64,000 nucleotides of DNA from Candidatus Woesearchaeota archaeon. Its GTDB lineage: Archaea > Nanobdellota > Nanobdellia > Woesearchaeales > ARS49. The notes under the pieces were generated by a model. The model had not been told where the DNA came from. It worked only from the letters and a program-made list of their open reading frames with translations, and did not search any database. The DNA is taken from the NCBI GenBank assembly GCA_038891615.1, contig JAWADY010000001.1, forward strand, positions 64,001 to 128,000. Direction: 5' to 3'. The position numbers and the translations under genes are program-made. The stretch's first letter is position 1. Each line of letters opens with the position of its first letter. Below, one piece after another: positions 47,673-59,453 of this stretch.

Positions 47673-48077
47673 ATGGTAGTTCTTTTCGACAGGTTCAATC
47701 TTCCGGATGACATTTTCGAAATAATATTTGCGACAACACAGCAAAAGATTGTTGCAAAAGAGCTTATTAAATACCTCATCGCGAATGGTGGCGAGGTTTC
47801 AAAAAGCCTCATGTCAATCTTTGCGACACAACTTCATGAAAATAAGTATGAGGCTATGCTCGATATTCCGCCATACAAAGGGAAAAAGGTTAGGTTAGGT
47901 TACAACAAAAGACAGTTTTACGATAGAATATTGACTCCAATGAAAGCAATGGGACTCATAGATTATGATTTGTACAAAAAGACATACAAGATTTCAACAA
48001 AATTTTCAAGCGATATGATGCGCATTGGGCTCATGTGGAAAAGGGAATTGAGGGCACTTGGTTATACCGGCGCATGA
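47673..48077 (+). CDS. Hypothetical protein, possible winged-helix DNA-binding fold
   Basis: MVVLFDRFNLP...; C-terminal KRQFYDRILTPMKAMGLIDYD..KKTYKIS helix-plus-wing pattern; RBS GGGGGTG; TATA at 47621. Confidence 0.65.
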   Translation: MVVLFDRFNLPDDIFEIIFATTQQKIVAKELIKYLIANGGEVSKSLMSIFATQLHENKYEAMLDIPPYKGKKVRLGYNKRQFYDRILTPMKAMGLIDYDLYKKTYKISTKFSSDMMRIGLMWKRELRALGYTGA

Positions 48078-48095
48078 GCCTAAGCTTTCGCGCGA

Positions 48096-50039
<1,944 letters not shown>

Positions 50040-50189
50040 TCAAAACTGTTTTGATAAATTATTTATTGACGAGAAGAGTGTCGTCGAGCAGCTTTTTTCA
50101 CAAAGAAAATAACAAACCTGGATATATAAAGCTTGCGTTATTGTTTTCAGTTTATAAGGCTTAAAAACAAAAAATTTTGCCTTTTTAGG

Positions 50190-50903
50190 TTATAGCGTTT
50201 GCAAAGCAAGCCCTACAACGTAGCCAACCAAAGCAGCAGAGGTTCCTATGGCCGCCAGCTCAAGTCCTTGCTTTTTCCAGTCTCCAATAGTGAGCTTTGC
50301 TTTTGCAGCCCCAATAAAAAATAAAACAAGTACAGAGACAAAAATCGAGATAGTAACTGCTTGCTGAACACTAAAAAGAAAAAAAGGGATTATTGGCACA
50401 AAAGAACCTGCAAAGGAAGCAAAACCAACTCGAAATCCTGATGTCAGCGGATTCTTGTATTCTTCTGGGAAAAGCCTTAGCTCTTCTGCCATCATTGTGT
50501 CAAGCCATACCTTTTTGCTAGATGTTATTTTTGCAACAATCTCCTCGAGCAACCTTCCTCTAAAACCTTTTTTTCTATATATCTCACGAACTTCTTCTTT
50601 TTCGATTTCAGGAATTGTTTCAATTTCATGTTTTTCTTTTTCAAGTTTGCTTTTGTAGTACTCGTAGGCAGCTTTTGTGGAAGTGTAGGCAACGGCTCCC
50701 ATCGATATCGATTCAGCAAAGGTTGCTGCAAGCGCAGCAATAAGCACAATCTTTGTTGTGGCAGTTGCAGTAGCAACGCCGAGAACGATGCCTAGAACAT
50801 TTACAAGCCCATCCTGGCCACCAAGAATGAGCTCCCTAAGCTTCGGGGCAATGCTTTTCCTGTAAAATCCTTCTTCGGCGTCAAACGACTGCTGGCTTTT
50901 CAT
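50190..50903 (-). CDS. VIT1/CCC1 family Fe/Mn transporter
   Basis: LILGGQDGLV, ESISMG, MMAEEL, multiple TMs. Confidence 0.92.
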   Translation of the reverse strand: MKSQQSFDAEEGFYRKSIAPKLRELILGGQDGLVNVLGIVLGVATATATTKIVLIAALAATFAESISMGAVAYTSTKAAYEYYKSKLEKEKHEIETIPEIEKEEVREIYRKKGFRGRLLEEIVAKITSSKKVWLDTMMAEELRLFPEEYKNPLTSGFRVGFASFAGSFVPIIPFFLFSVQQAVTISIFVSVLVLFFIGAAKAKLTIGDWKKQGLELAAIGTSAALVGYVVGLALQTL

Positions 50904-53900
50904 CTTTTCTCTCGTTTTTGACCTTTTCTTCTAATTTTGGTGTCAAAAGTTTATAAATGATTGCCAAAGCTGCTACAATCACGACCACAACAAGCAGTCT
51001 GAACAATTTGTTGGTTATGCCAACTTCTTTTTCCTGAACAATAACCTTTTCAGCAATTATTTCCTTCTTCTCAACAGTGCACTCTCTTTCTTCCTCAGGT
51101 TTATGTTCTTTTGGAGGCAGGCAATTTGCATTTTCAGTCGCATTGCATGTTCTGGTTTGCTTTCCTTTACCATTTGCAGCAACACAAACACTCCATTCAC
51201 TGCAACTCCAGTTGTTGAAGCAAGGAGTGCAATTAATGTTTTCAGTCGGCTTGTTTTTTGTGGTGCCACATCTGTTTAGGTCTATACATTTACGGCTCGC
51301 TATGCCACTGCCAAGAGTTGCATTTGGTATACATTCACTCCATTCACTGCAACTCCAATTCTCCACACAAGTGGTAATGATACCCCCACCACCTCTACGA
51401 CTGCCTCTTCCCCCACCACCTGAAGGTGTTGGTGGCGAACTTTCTGTTGCTTCAGCTATCGAGAAACCTGAAAAGCTTGTGCGATTGATTTCAAAATAAT
51501 CACCAGTTGTGTTTTGGTTGGGATTTTCAACTAAGCTAAAACTTCCTAGGCAGGTTCTTGAGGCGAAAGCCCAATTCTCGCATACATAGAGTCTAAGGGC
51601 AGATTCTAGAGAAAAGGTAGTATTTGCGTAGCTCAGCTTGAGGGTTGCATTTGTGAAGTTTATTCCCCCAGAATCAACTCCATAGCTAACAATATACCCA
51701 CTTACAGGACTCGGCAAGCTGTCTAGGCCAACGCTTTTGTTTGTACTTTCAGAAAGATTTACGCCATTAAGCCTGAGAACAATTGAGCCATTTTGATTTG
51801 AAATCTGTAAGTCGTAGACCCCAAGCGGATGCTCAATGGTCATGTTATTGCTAAAGTTTTCACGTACTAATGCCTCTTCACTGCCTGGATAAAAAATTGT
51901 GATATTTGCTCGGAAGTCAGTGATATTTGGTGCAGTTACATTTAGTGTAAAGTTGAAAGGTTCTGCTGATATAAAAAAGTCGCTTGATGTTGCATTGTTT
52001 CCTGTTGTGTCGTTTGTAATAAAGGTTACATTGTGTCTTCCGATAATGACTGGAGTAAACTGTGTTGGTAACGAATGAGCAGTTATTGTAGAATTTGGCC
52101 AAGCAATTAGCGCTATCATCTTATCAATTTCAACATTATCCGTTGCTGTCATGTTTATGGTAACATTACGCCCAACAATTACTGACCTGGGCTTTGCATT
52201 GACACTTGTTATGTTTGGAGGTGTTTCATCAAGGCTTATGTTTATGAAATGTGTTTCAAAAGAAGTGGTATGATTTTCAGTTTCATGATACCTCGCAGTT
52301 ACATTAACAATGCCAGGAGTGCCATAGCTTTTGAGAATACTTTGAGGCGAGCTTCCATTTGCAATAAGCACACCATCACTGAAGACTTCAATGTTGCCAG
52401 AAGATGGAGTCAGAAGAATTGCAGTGATGTTGAGTTTTTGGCCTGTTAATGCGCTAACATTCCCGTCAATAGAATTTATTGTGAGATTGACTTCGCTCGA
52501 AGCCTTGCTAACTGTTAGTATGGCTTCAATCGTTGTTGCTGAAGTAAAGTTCGCATTTCCAGAAAAGCTACAGGTGTAATTATAGCTACCAGCAGCAAGC
52601 TGTGCAGTGTCAGGATTGCCCACATTTGTGCCATTTCTTGCAAGTTGAGGTGCAATCTGTTCAGCATTTCCTCTGCAACTTACATTTGTTGTTGTTCCGA
52701 AAATGACAGTAGTGTTTGGCAGTATTGTTATGTTAAGTGATGGTATCGACTTCAAAACAACAAATTCAAAGGTTTCAGTGGAATTCATAGCGCCGCTCGT
52801 ATCATTTGCATGCGAGCGCCAGCTATAGTTGCCAGCAGCAATTGGGCCATAGTTGTAAAAGTAAGTTCTATTTGTGTTGTTGCCAACAAAACCAGATGGT
52901 GAATAGTTTGCGAATGTTCCTGTAAAGTTGTGTTCAAAAAGCACTGCATCAAGGAACCAATCATCAAACCAACTTATGTTGAATTGATATGTTGCATTTT
53001 CAGAATAATTTGCTGGACTTGGTGGAAATGTTGCATTAACACCAGACCAGCTTGGTGGAGAATTTGTTGTTGTGGAGTAATTTGTCCAACCAGTTACACT
53101 GAATGTCAAATTGCCTTCAGAATAGCTAACTATACTGCATATTGTAAGGGGGCACGCCTGACCGTCCTTGAGTATCGCCGGAGTGCGCGTAAAATTCAAT
53201 CCAAACATTTTGATTGTTGCAGGTTTATTGAAAGCTGGGTATGTGTTTGTGTCAAGAAAAATCGAACCGTTGCTTATTATGAAAGCATCCGATGCTCCTG
53301 ACATGTTTGTTTGAGTTGAGAATGTTATTTTGCCAATGCCTGGCTTTTCTGCAGAACTCTCGCTTTCATTTACGAAGAGAACCTCATTTTTTGCAGCAAA
53401 AACGTCTATTCTTTTGAATGTTAAACCATTGTCAGAATCGGTGATTGGAATTCCAGTTCGTTTGAGAAGTCCTTCTATCTCTCTTGGGGTGAGGGATGTA
53501 TTAGAATAAAGTTTTTGGTAGTGGCGCAGCAGGGCTCCTGCACCAGAAACATGAGGAGTAGCCATTGATGTCCCGCTTTTAAGAGTATACCCCCCTCCCT
53601 TAGACGTTGAATTTATTGACACACCTGGCGCAAGCAAGTCTGTTATGTTGTTTGTGTTGCTAAAACTTGCTATCACATCAGCTTTTGTTGCGGCTGCCAC
53701 AGAGGTGACATTGCTTCCACAGGCTGGTGAAGCAATGCTTGTCGCGCTTCCATCATTCCCACTGGCTGCAACAACAAAAATGCCAGTGTTTGCTGCGCTG
53801 TTGGCAGCTGAAGCAACAGGGTCGGAGTCGCAATAGTTTGAGAAAAGTGTTTGTGATGCAAGCGACATGCTTATGACAGTTATATTGTAAATTGATGCAT

Positions 53901-54636
53901 TTGCTTTGCACCAATCAATCCCTGCAATAACATCAGAGCCTAAGCCAGAGCCTCCTGAATCAAGAACCTTTATTGCAACAATTTTTGCTCCTGGTGCAAC
54001 ACCTTTAATCGCCCCATTTGCAGCAACAATCCCAGCAACATGGGTTCCATGCCCATTATCATCCATTGGGTCATTGTCATTGTTTACAAAATCATATCCA
54101 GCAACAACCTTACATTCAGAACCAAAACATCCTCCAAGGTCTGTATGATTGTAATCAACTCCTGTATCTATTATGCAAATTGCTTGTCCAGCGCCAGTTA
54201 CATTTGTACCGTTAATTACAATTCCCCAAACATCATCCGCATTTATAAGAGGCACACTGTCTTGGAGAGCTATTCTGAAAGGTCTGTCGATATGTATTGA
54301 TCTAATTTTCGGATTTTGTTTTAGCTTTTCAAGTCCCTGCCTTGTTAGCTTACCCGAAAAACCAGGAAAAGAGGAATACTTATGCTTCAGCTTAAGGTCT
54401 AAGCCGCTAATCCCAAAAGTAGCATTTTCAAATTCATTAAACGCTTCTGTGCTAGCAATTGGCTCTTTTAACACCACAATAACATCTATCTCTTCAGCAC
54501 TCTGTAGTTCTGATAAAACCTCAGATTCTATGAACAGCTTTTCCTTTTTATCAATTCCTTCATGCCTACCAAATGCAGACAGCGTGGGCAAAAGGAAAAG
54601 AATAATTGTTGTAACAATGAGTAATCTCTTACTCAA
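50881..54636 (-). CDS. Membrane-anchored subtilisin-like S8 serine protease
   Basis: Signal peptide, I9-like prodomain, catalytic triad IIDTG/HGTHVAG/GTSMATP, Ig-like stalk, two C..NWSCSEWS.C repeats, C-terminal TM. Confidence 0.93.
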   Translation of the reverse strand: MSKRLLIVTTIILFLLPTLSAFGRHEGIDKKEKLFIESEVLSELQSAEEIDVIVVLKEPIASTEAFNEFENATFGISGLDLKLKHKYSSFPGFSGKLTRQGLEKLKQNPKIRSIHIDRPFRIALQDSVPLINADDVWGIVINGTNVTGAGQAICIIDTGVDYNHTDLGGCFGSECKVVAGYDFVNNDNDPMDDNGHGTHVAGIVAANGAIKGVAPGAKIVAIKVLDSGGSGLGSDVIAGIDWCKANASIYNITVISMSLASQTLFSNYCDSDPVASAANSAANTGIFVVAASGNDGSATSIASPACGSNVTSVAAATKADVIASFSNTNNITDLLAPGVSINSTSKGGGYTLKSGTSMATPHVSGAGALLRHYQKLYSNTSLTPREIEGLLKRTGIPITDSDNGLTFKRIDVFAAKNEVLFVNESESSAEKPGIGKITFSTQTNMSGASDAFIISNGSIFLDTNTYPAFNKPATIKMFGLNFTRTPAILKDGQACPLTICSIVSYSEGNLTFSVTGWTNYSTTTNSPPSWSGVNATFPPSPANYSENATYQFNISWFDDWFLDAVLFEHNFTGTFANYSPSGFVGNNTNRTYFYNYGPIAAGNYSWRSHANDTSGAMNSTETFEFVVLKSIPSLNITILPNTTVIFGTTTNVSCRGNAEQIAPQLARNGTNVGNPDTAQLAAGSYNYTCSFSGNANFTSATTIEAILTVSKASSEVNLTINSIDGNVSALTGQKLNITAILLTPSSGNIEVFSDGVLIANGSSPQSILKSYGTPGIVNVTARYHETENHTTSFETHFINISLDETPPNITSVNAKPRSVIVGRNVTINMTATDNVEIDKMIALIAWPNSTITAHSLPTQFTPVIIGRHNVTFITNDTTGNNATSSDFFISAEPFNFTLNVTAPNITDFRANITIFYPGSEEALVRENFSNNMTIEHPLGVYDLQISNQNGSIVLRLNGVNLSESTNKSVGLDSLPSPVSGYIVSYGVDSGGINFTNATLKLSYANTTFSLESALRLYVCENWAFASRTCLGSFSLVENPNQNTTGDYFEINRTSFSGFSIAEATESSPPTPSGGGGRGSRRGGGGIITTCVENWSCSEWSECIPNATLGSGIASRKCIDLNRCGTTKNKPTENINCTPCFNNWSCSEWSVCVAANGKGKQTRTCNATENANCLPPKEHKPEEERECTVEKKEIIAEKVIVQEKEVGITNKLFRLLVVVVIVAALAIIYKLLTPKLEEKVKNERKDEKPAVV

Positions 54637-54728
54637 AACAATCGCCCCCTTTTAATTTGGCAAACACTTTCTTTCGGTATTTAAAACTTTTTATGTGTCA
54701 GTTCTCTTTTTAAGTCTCAGCAAGTAGC

Positions 54729-55607
54729 TCATTTCAACTTACTAAGCGCAGATTTAAGCGCAACAATAGCAACTTTGCGCTGCTGCAAATCTGGCTCTTT
54801 CGTTGTTATTTTCTGTATCCACATGCCTGGTGCTGCAAAGGCTTTCATCAATGGCATATCAATTCTTTGCGCGCTTATTTTAAGGAGTTCGTAAGAAAGA
54901 CCTGCAATGACTGGTAGAAGAATAATTCTTGTTGCAATGTTCAGAAAGGCTGCTTGAGCTTTTATAACAGAAAAAACAACTATGCTTAAGAGGAGAACGA
55001 GCGCAACAAAACTTGTTCCGCAGCGAGGATGCTCTTTTGAAAATTTTTTGATTATTTTTGCATTAATGGCAGTAGTCTTGTATCCTGCTTCATAGCAGGC
55101 TATTGCTTTGTGTTCCGCACCATGGTATTGAAACACCCGTTTGATGTTTGGAAAAAATCCTAAAGCAAAGACATATCCTACAAAAATTGCTGCTCTGAAG
55201 AGCCCATCCACAAGATTGAAAACAATTCCTCTTGTGGCGATGAACGCTTTTGAAAGATAAAAAGGCACAACGACAAAAAGTCCTATGGTAAACGCAAGTG
55301 AGGTGAGCAAGGTTATTACAAGGCTTGTTGTTCCTATTTTTTCAGATTTATCAAGCTGTTGGTCAGCGCTCCAATTAAGCGCCTTCAGTCCGATGAAGAG
55401 TGTCTCAATAAGCACGGCAAAACCTCGCAAAAGCGGAAACTTGAAAATTCCTTTTTGAATCCAAGGCACATGTTTCCAACACTTCACAACGATTTTCTTG
55501 TTCGGCTTGTGCGCAGCAACAGCAATTATGTTACCAGCCCTTATAAGAACCCCTTCTATCAATGCTTGGCCACCAATCTGAATTTGTTTATTAGCTCTTT
55601 TCTTCAT
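54729..55607 (-). CDS. DUF1385 family membrane protein
   Basis: GGQALIEGV, VFQYHGAEHK, HPRCGTSF, QKITTKEP. Confidence 0.92.
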   Translation of the reverse strand: MKKRANKQIQIGGQALIEGVLIRAGNIIAVAAHKPNKKIVVKCWKHVPWIQKGIFKFPLLRGFAVLIETLFIGLKALNWSADQQLDKSEKIGTTSLVITLLTSLAFTIGLFVVVPFYLSKAFIATRGIVFNLVDGLFRAAIFVGYVFALGFFPNIKRVFQYHGAEHKAIACYEAGYKTTAINAKIIKKFSKEHPRCGTSFVALVLLLSIVVFSVIKAQAAFLNIATRIILLPVIAGLSYELLKISAQRIDMPLMKAFAAPGMWIQKITTKEPDLQQRKVAIVALKSALSKLK

Positions 55608-55609
55608 GG

Positions 55610-56263
55610 TTATACCTCAATGCTTTCTCCTTCTGCCATGACAATCACTTTTGTTTCAAGCCTTGCTTCCACGAGCTCTTTGAAGCGTTCAGCATCATCG
55701 ATTGTCCCTTCAAGCTTGCCCCAGTGCGATGGAATTGCGATTGATGGTTTAATTAGTTCTGTGGCTCTTGCCGCTTCGATTGCAGACATTGTATAAGTTC
55801 CACCAATGGGAAATATTGCAAGATCTATCTTTCCTAGGGCTTGCATTTCAGGAATGACCTCAGTGTCTGATGCGTAATAAATCCTTTTGTTTTCAAGTTC
55901 TAACACAAAACCAACTACAAATCCAGCTAGCCGGTGTGATGGCCTTCTCGGTGTGTATGCTGGAATAGCTTTCACAACAACCCAACCAAGTGATATTTCC
56001 TGCCCAGCAACAAGCTGCATACAGCCGTCTATTTCAGCAGCCGCTTCACGAGTGCCATAAATGGTTGTGTTGTCCAATCTTATCTTGTTAATTGTTTCAA
56101 TGCTTGCATGGTCTGGATGCCAATGAGAGATAAGGACAAGTTCAGCAGGTTCTAATCGCGACCAAAGTCCTGCATGCGGTTCAACGTAAGGGTCTATGTA
56201 AATCCTTTTTCCATCCTTTGTCTTGATTTTGAAAGTGGCATGACCAAGCCAGGTTAGCATCAT
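55610..56263 (-). CDS. Metallo-beta-lactamase fold hydrolase (UPF0173-like)
   Basis: WLGHATF, IDPY, HWHPDH, PIGGTYTM, PSHWG. Confidence 0.9.
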   Translation of the reverse strand: MMLTWLGHATFKIKTKDGKRIYIDPYVEPHAGLWSRLEPAELVLISHWHPDHASIETINKIRLDNTTIYGTREAAAEIDGCMQLVAGQEISLGWVVVKAIPAYTPRRPSHRLAGFVVGFVLELENKRIYYASDTEVIPEMQALGKIDLAIFPIGGTYTMSAIEAARATELIKPSIAIPSHWGKLEGTIDDAERFKELVEARLETKVIVMAEGESIEV

Positions 56264-56368
56264 TTTGGCATAAATGTTGTGCGGCGTTTATAAATTGAGC
56301 GGTAGTCCCACAAATGCATTTAGTGTAGACAAAGATTTATAAAAAGGGTTTCCACATTTTTAATTCTC

Positions 56369-57730
56369 ATGGTCCTAGAAAAACTCGGGAACTCACTCAA
56401 AGAAACACTAAAAAAGATTGCAGGAGCACTTTTTGTAGATGAAAGACTAGTCGATGAACTTGTAAAGGACATTCAGCGTGCTTTACTTGCAGGTGATGTT
56501 AATGTCAAACTTGTTTTTGAACTTACTCAAAGAATTAGACAAAAGGCATTAAAGGAATCTCTTCCAAAAGGTCTCACAAAAAAGGAACAACTGATAAACA
56601 TAGTTTATGAAGAACTCGTAGCCCTTCTTGGTGGCGAAAAAGCAGAGCTTTCAATCAAGCCAGCCGGTCAAACAAGAATTATGATGATAGGGCTCTTTGG
56701 TTCAGGGAAGACAACAAGCATTGGCAAACTTGCAAAATGGCTTTCTAAAAGAGGTCATCGCGTCGCAACAGTTGGTCTTGATGTTCATAGGCCCGCGGCA
56801 CCAGAACAACTCGAGCAGGTCTCGAGACAAGCAGGTGTGGCTTGTTTTGTTGACAAAAAAGAAAAAGATCCCTTGAAAATATGGGAGCTTTATGAAAAAA
56901 AGCTAATGGATTATGACGTTGTAATCATAGATACCGCAGGCAGGGATGCACTTAGCACAGAACTCATTGAGGAACTTAAACAGGTTGCAAAACGTATTCT
57001 GCCTGATGAGACATTACTAGTCATTTCTGCAGACATAGGGCAAGCAGCACTTGCACAGGCACAGGCATTCAAGGAAGCTTGTGGTGTTACTGGTGTGCTG
57101 CTGACAAAAATGGATGGAACTGCAAAAGGTGGGGGTGCCCTTGCCGCATGTTCGGTGACAGGTGCCCCTATAAAGTTCATAGGCGTTGGCGAGAAGCTCG
57201 ATGACCTTGAGTCATTCAATCCAAAGGGTTTTGTTGGAAGGCTGCTTGGAATGGGCGACATAGAAGCTTTGCTTGAAAAAGCAAAAGAAGCCGTGACAGA
57301 AAAGGAAGCAATTGAAATGGAAGCAAAGTTTCTAAAGGGTGAATTCACTCTTATGGACCTTTACAATCAAATGCAAATGATGTCAAGAATGGGGCCGCTT
57401 GCCAAGATAACTGAACTAATCCCAGGATTTGGTGGCTTGCAGCTTCCAACAGAGGTACTTTCTATTCAGGAAGAAAAACTCAAAAAGTGGCGTCATGCAA
57501 TGGATTCTATGACAAAAGAGGAGCTTGAAAATCCAGAAATTATAGATGTTAAGAGGATTGCACGCATAAGCAAGGGCTCTGGTGTTTCCCCAACTGAAAT
57601 TCGTGACCTCATTAAGCAGTTCAAAAAAGCACAGAAAATTATGAAGGTAATGAAAGGTGCAAAAAGCCCAGAAGAGGTCGTAAAGAAACTTTCAAAGAAA
57701 GGGCCTATGGTAAAGTTTAAGGGCAAATGA
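56369..57730 (+). CDS. srp54: Signal recognition particle protein SRP54
   Basis: GLFGSGKTT, DTAGR, TKMDGTAKGGG, RLLGMGD, M domain. Confidence 0.97.
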   Translation: MVLEKLGNSLKETLKKIAGALFVDERLVDELVKDIQRALLAGDVNVKLVFELTQRIRQKALKESLPKGLTKKEQLINIVYEELVALLGGEKAELSIKPAGQTRIMMIGLFGSGKTTSIGKLAKWLSKRGHRVATVGLDVHRPAAPEQLEQVSRQAGVACFVDKKEKDPLKIWELYEKKLMDYDVVIIDTAGRDALSTELIEELKQVAKRILPDETLLVISADIGQAALAQAQAFKEACGVTGVLLTKMDGTAKGGGALAACSVTGAPIKFIGVGEKLDDLESFNPKGFVGRLLGMGDIEALLEKAKEAVTEKEAIEMEAKFLKGEFTLMDLYNQMQMMSRMGPLAKITELIPGFGGLQLPTEVLSIQEEKLKKWRHAMDSMTKEELENPEIIDVKRIARISKGSGVSPTEIRDLIKQFKKAQKIMKVMKGAKSPEEVVKKLSKKGPMVKFKGK

Positions 57731-57739
57731 CTGCTCGCG

Positions 57740-58240
57740 CTAAAACCGTTTTGTGTAAAAGTGACAATATGGCTTTTTTCCACTTCTTTTATAATAATTC
57801 TGGTGATAATCCTCTGCTGGCCAGAAGGTTTTTGCCTTTCTCAATCGAGTAGCAATTCTGTAGCCTTTGCTTTTTAGAATTGCTATAAGTTTTTTGGAAA
57901 CTTGTTTTTGTTTTTCATTCACATAAAAAATCGCTGATTGGTATTGCTCACCAATGTCAGGTCCCTGGCGATTTACTTGAGTCGGGTCGTGGATTTCAAA
58001 AAAGAATTTGGCAAGCCCTTCAAAATTAGTTTTAGACCTGTCATAGCTTACTTCAACAGTTTCCAGATGGCCTGTCTTGCCAGAACAAACATCTTCATAT
58101 GTTGGATTATCCTTGTGGCCTCCCATATATCCAACTCTTGTTGAAATAACTCCTTTATAGCTTTTTAAAAGGTACTCAAGACCCCAAAAACAGCCTCCGG
58201 CAAAATATGCGATTTCTGTTTTTGTACTTTCTTTTTGCAT
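57740..58240 (-). CDS. msrA: Peptide-methionine (S)-S-oxide reductase
   Basis: FAGGCFWG, HDPT, QGPDIGEQY, AEDYHQNY. Confidence 0.96.
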   Translation of the reverse strand: MQKESTKTEIAYFAGGCFWGLEYLLKSYKGVISTRVGYMGGHKDNPTYEDVCSGKTGHLETVEVSYDRSKTNFEGLAKFFFEIHDPTQVNRQGPDIGEQYQSAIFYVNEKQKQVSKKLIAILKSKGYRIATRLRKAKTFWPAEDYHQNYYKRSGKKPYCHFYTKRF

Positions 58241-58243
58241 TTT

Positions 58244-58981
58244 TTAATGAATTGCCAAGGTTAAATTAGCTGTGTGCGCCGACCCAACCACACTTTTATC
58301 AGAAAGCATAAACTTTTTGAAAACGATGTGACCTGATAGCTCATCTTCCATACACTTTTCCATTTCCAGAATGTCAATTTTTTTTGCAAACAATGGCGAA
58401 TCAAGACAAAAGGTATCAGCATAACCTCCTTCAAAACCTATGTGAAAACCATATTTGTGTGCATCTCTTAAAAGCGCTGCAAAGTTTTCTTTTGTGACGA
58501 TACTCCCAAGCCATTTGCCAAGACCCTCGCTGGCCACCTGCGTTATCATAAAAACATAGCCTTTATCTAACATTTCTTTCATTAGTTCACCATGTTCACG
58601 GCCTTCATGAGCTGCAAACACAGAAATACCAAGTGGCTGGAGAGCTTTTTGAATACTTCTTAATTGTGTTAGTTGTAAGCCTGTTCCGCCAAGGACTAAC
58701 GCTTCAATTTTTTCTTTTTTTTGCATGCTTTCAACAATTTCTCGCACAAGTTTTGCTTCAGCTGTCGGATCCGCAACATCGCAGGTTGTCAAGATATGCC
58801 TTAACCCCATCAGCTTTGCCTGCAATGGTGTATGTTCGACTGTTGCATAATGGAAAAGATAGCAATCTTTTCTTGTAGGCTTGACAGAAAGAAGATAAGC
58901 TATTTTCCACCCTTTCTCAAGGCACGACTCAATGGCATAGCTACTGTCTTTTCCACCCGAAAACAGAATAGCAACTTTCAT
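58244..58981 (-). CDS. Diphthine--ammonia ligase family (Dph6) PP-loop ATPase
   Basis: MKVAILFSGGKDS, FEGGYADTF..DSPLF. ATG 58981 follows a TATA box near 59003-59012. Confidence 0.88.
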   Translation of the reverse strand: MKVAILFSGGKDSSYAIESCLEKGWKIAYLLSVKPTRKDCYLFHYATVEHTPLQAKLMGLRHILTTCDVADPTAEAKLVREIVESMQKKEKIEALVLGGTGLQLTQLRSIQKALQPLGISVFAAHEGREHGELMKEMLDKGYVFMITQVASEGLGKWLGSIVTKENFAALLRDAHKYGFHIGFEGGYADTFCLDSPLFAKKIDILEMEKCMEDELSGHIVFKKFMLSDKSVVGSAHTANLTLAIH

Positions 58982-59053
58982 GGAAAAATGGTCAAAGGGC
59001 TTATTTATAAATTTATCTCCAGCAGCGCACACAACTTCACCTTGCAACCCACC

Positions 59054-59452
59054 CTAACCCTTTGAAGGATCGATTATGAATCCGCGCTTTAGTATGTTCT
59101 GTCCGATAAGAATTCCATACTTCATGTGACTTCTCTTTGCAACAGTAAAATCAGCAACAATAATCCTGTGGCCAATCTTTACCTTTGCAACAACGACATC
59201 TCTTTTGGCAATGCCATGTGTTGTCCTGACTACGGCAGTCCTTACTACTGGTCCAAGGCCAAGCTCTCTAGCGAGCATTGCATCTATTGAACTTTTTGTT
59301 GCTCCAGTGTCAATCTTTGCTGTGACAGTTTTGTTTTTCCACAGACCAAATACAACAACCCGCTCTGTCAAACCTAATCTTGTTTTTCTCGAAAATCTTT
59401 TTGCAAGAAGTTTGAGTAGTGCGACTGGTAGACGCCTTATATTGCGAAGCAT
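59054..59452 (-). CDS. RimK-associated retropepsin-like aspartic protease
   Basis: AKIDTGATKSSID, RSHMKYGILIG, FIIDP. Confidence 0.85.
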   Translation of the reverse strand: MLRNIRRLPVALLKLLAKRFSRKTRLGLTERVVVFGLWKNKTVTAKIDTGATKSSIDAMLARELGLGPVVRTAVVRTTHGIAKRDVVVAKVKIGHRIIVADFTVAKRSHMKYGILIGQNILKRGFIIDPSKG

Positions 59453-59453
59453 T

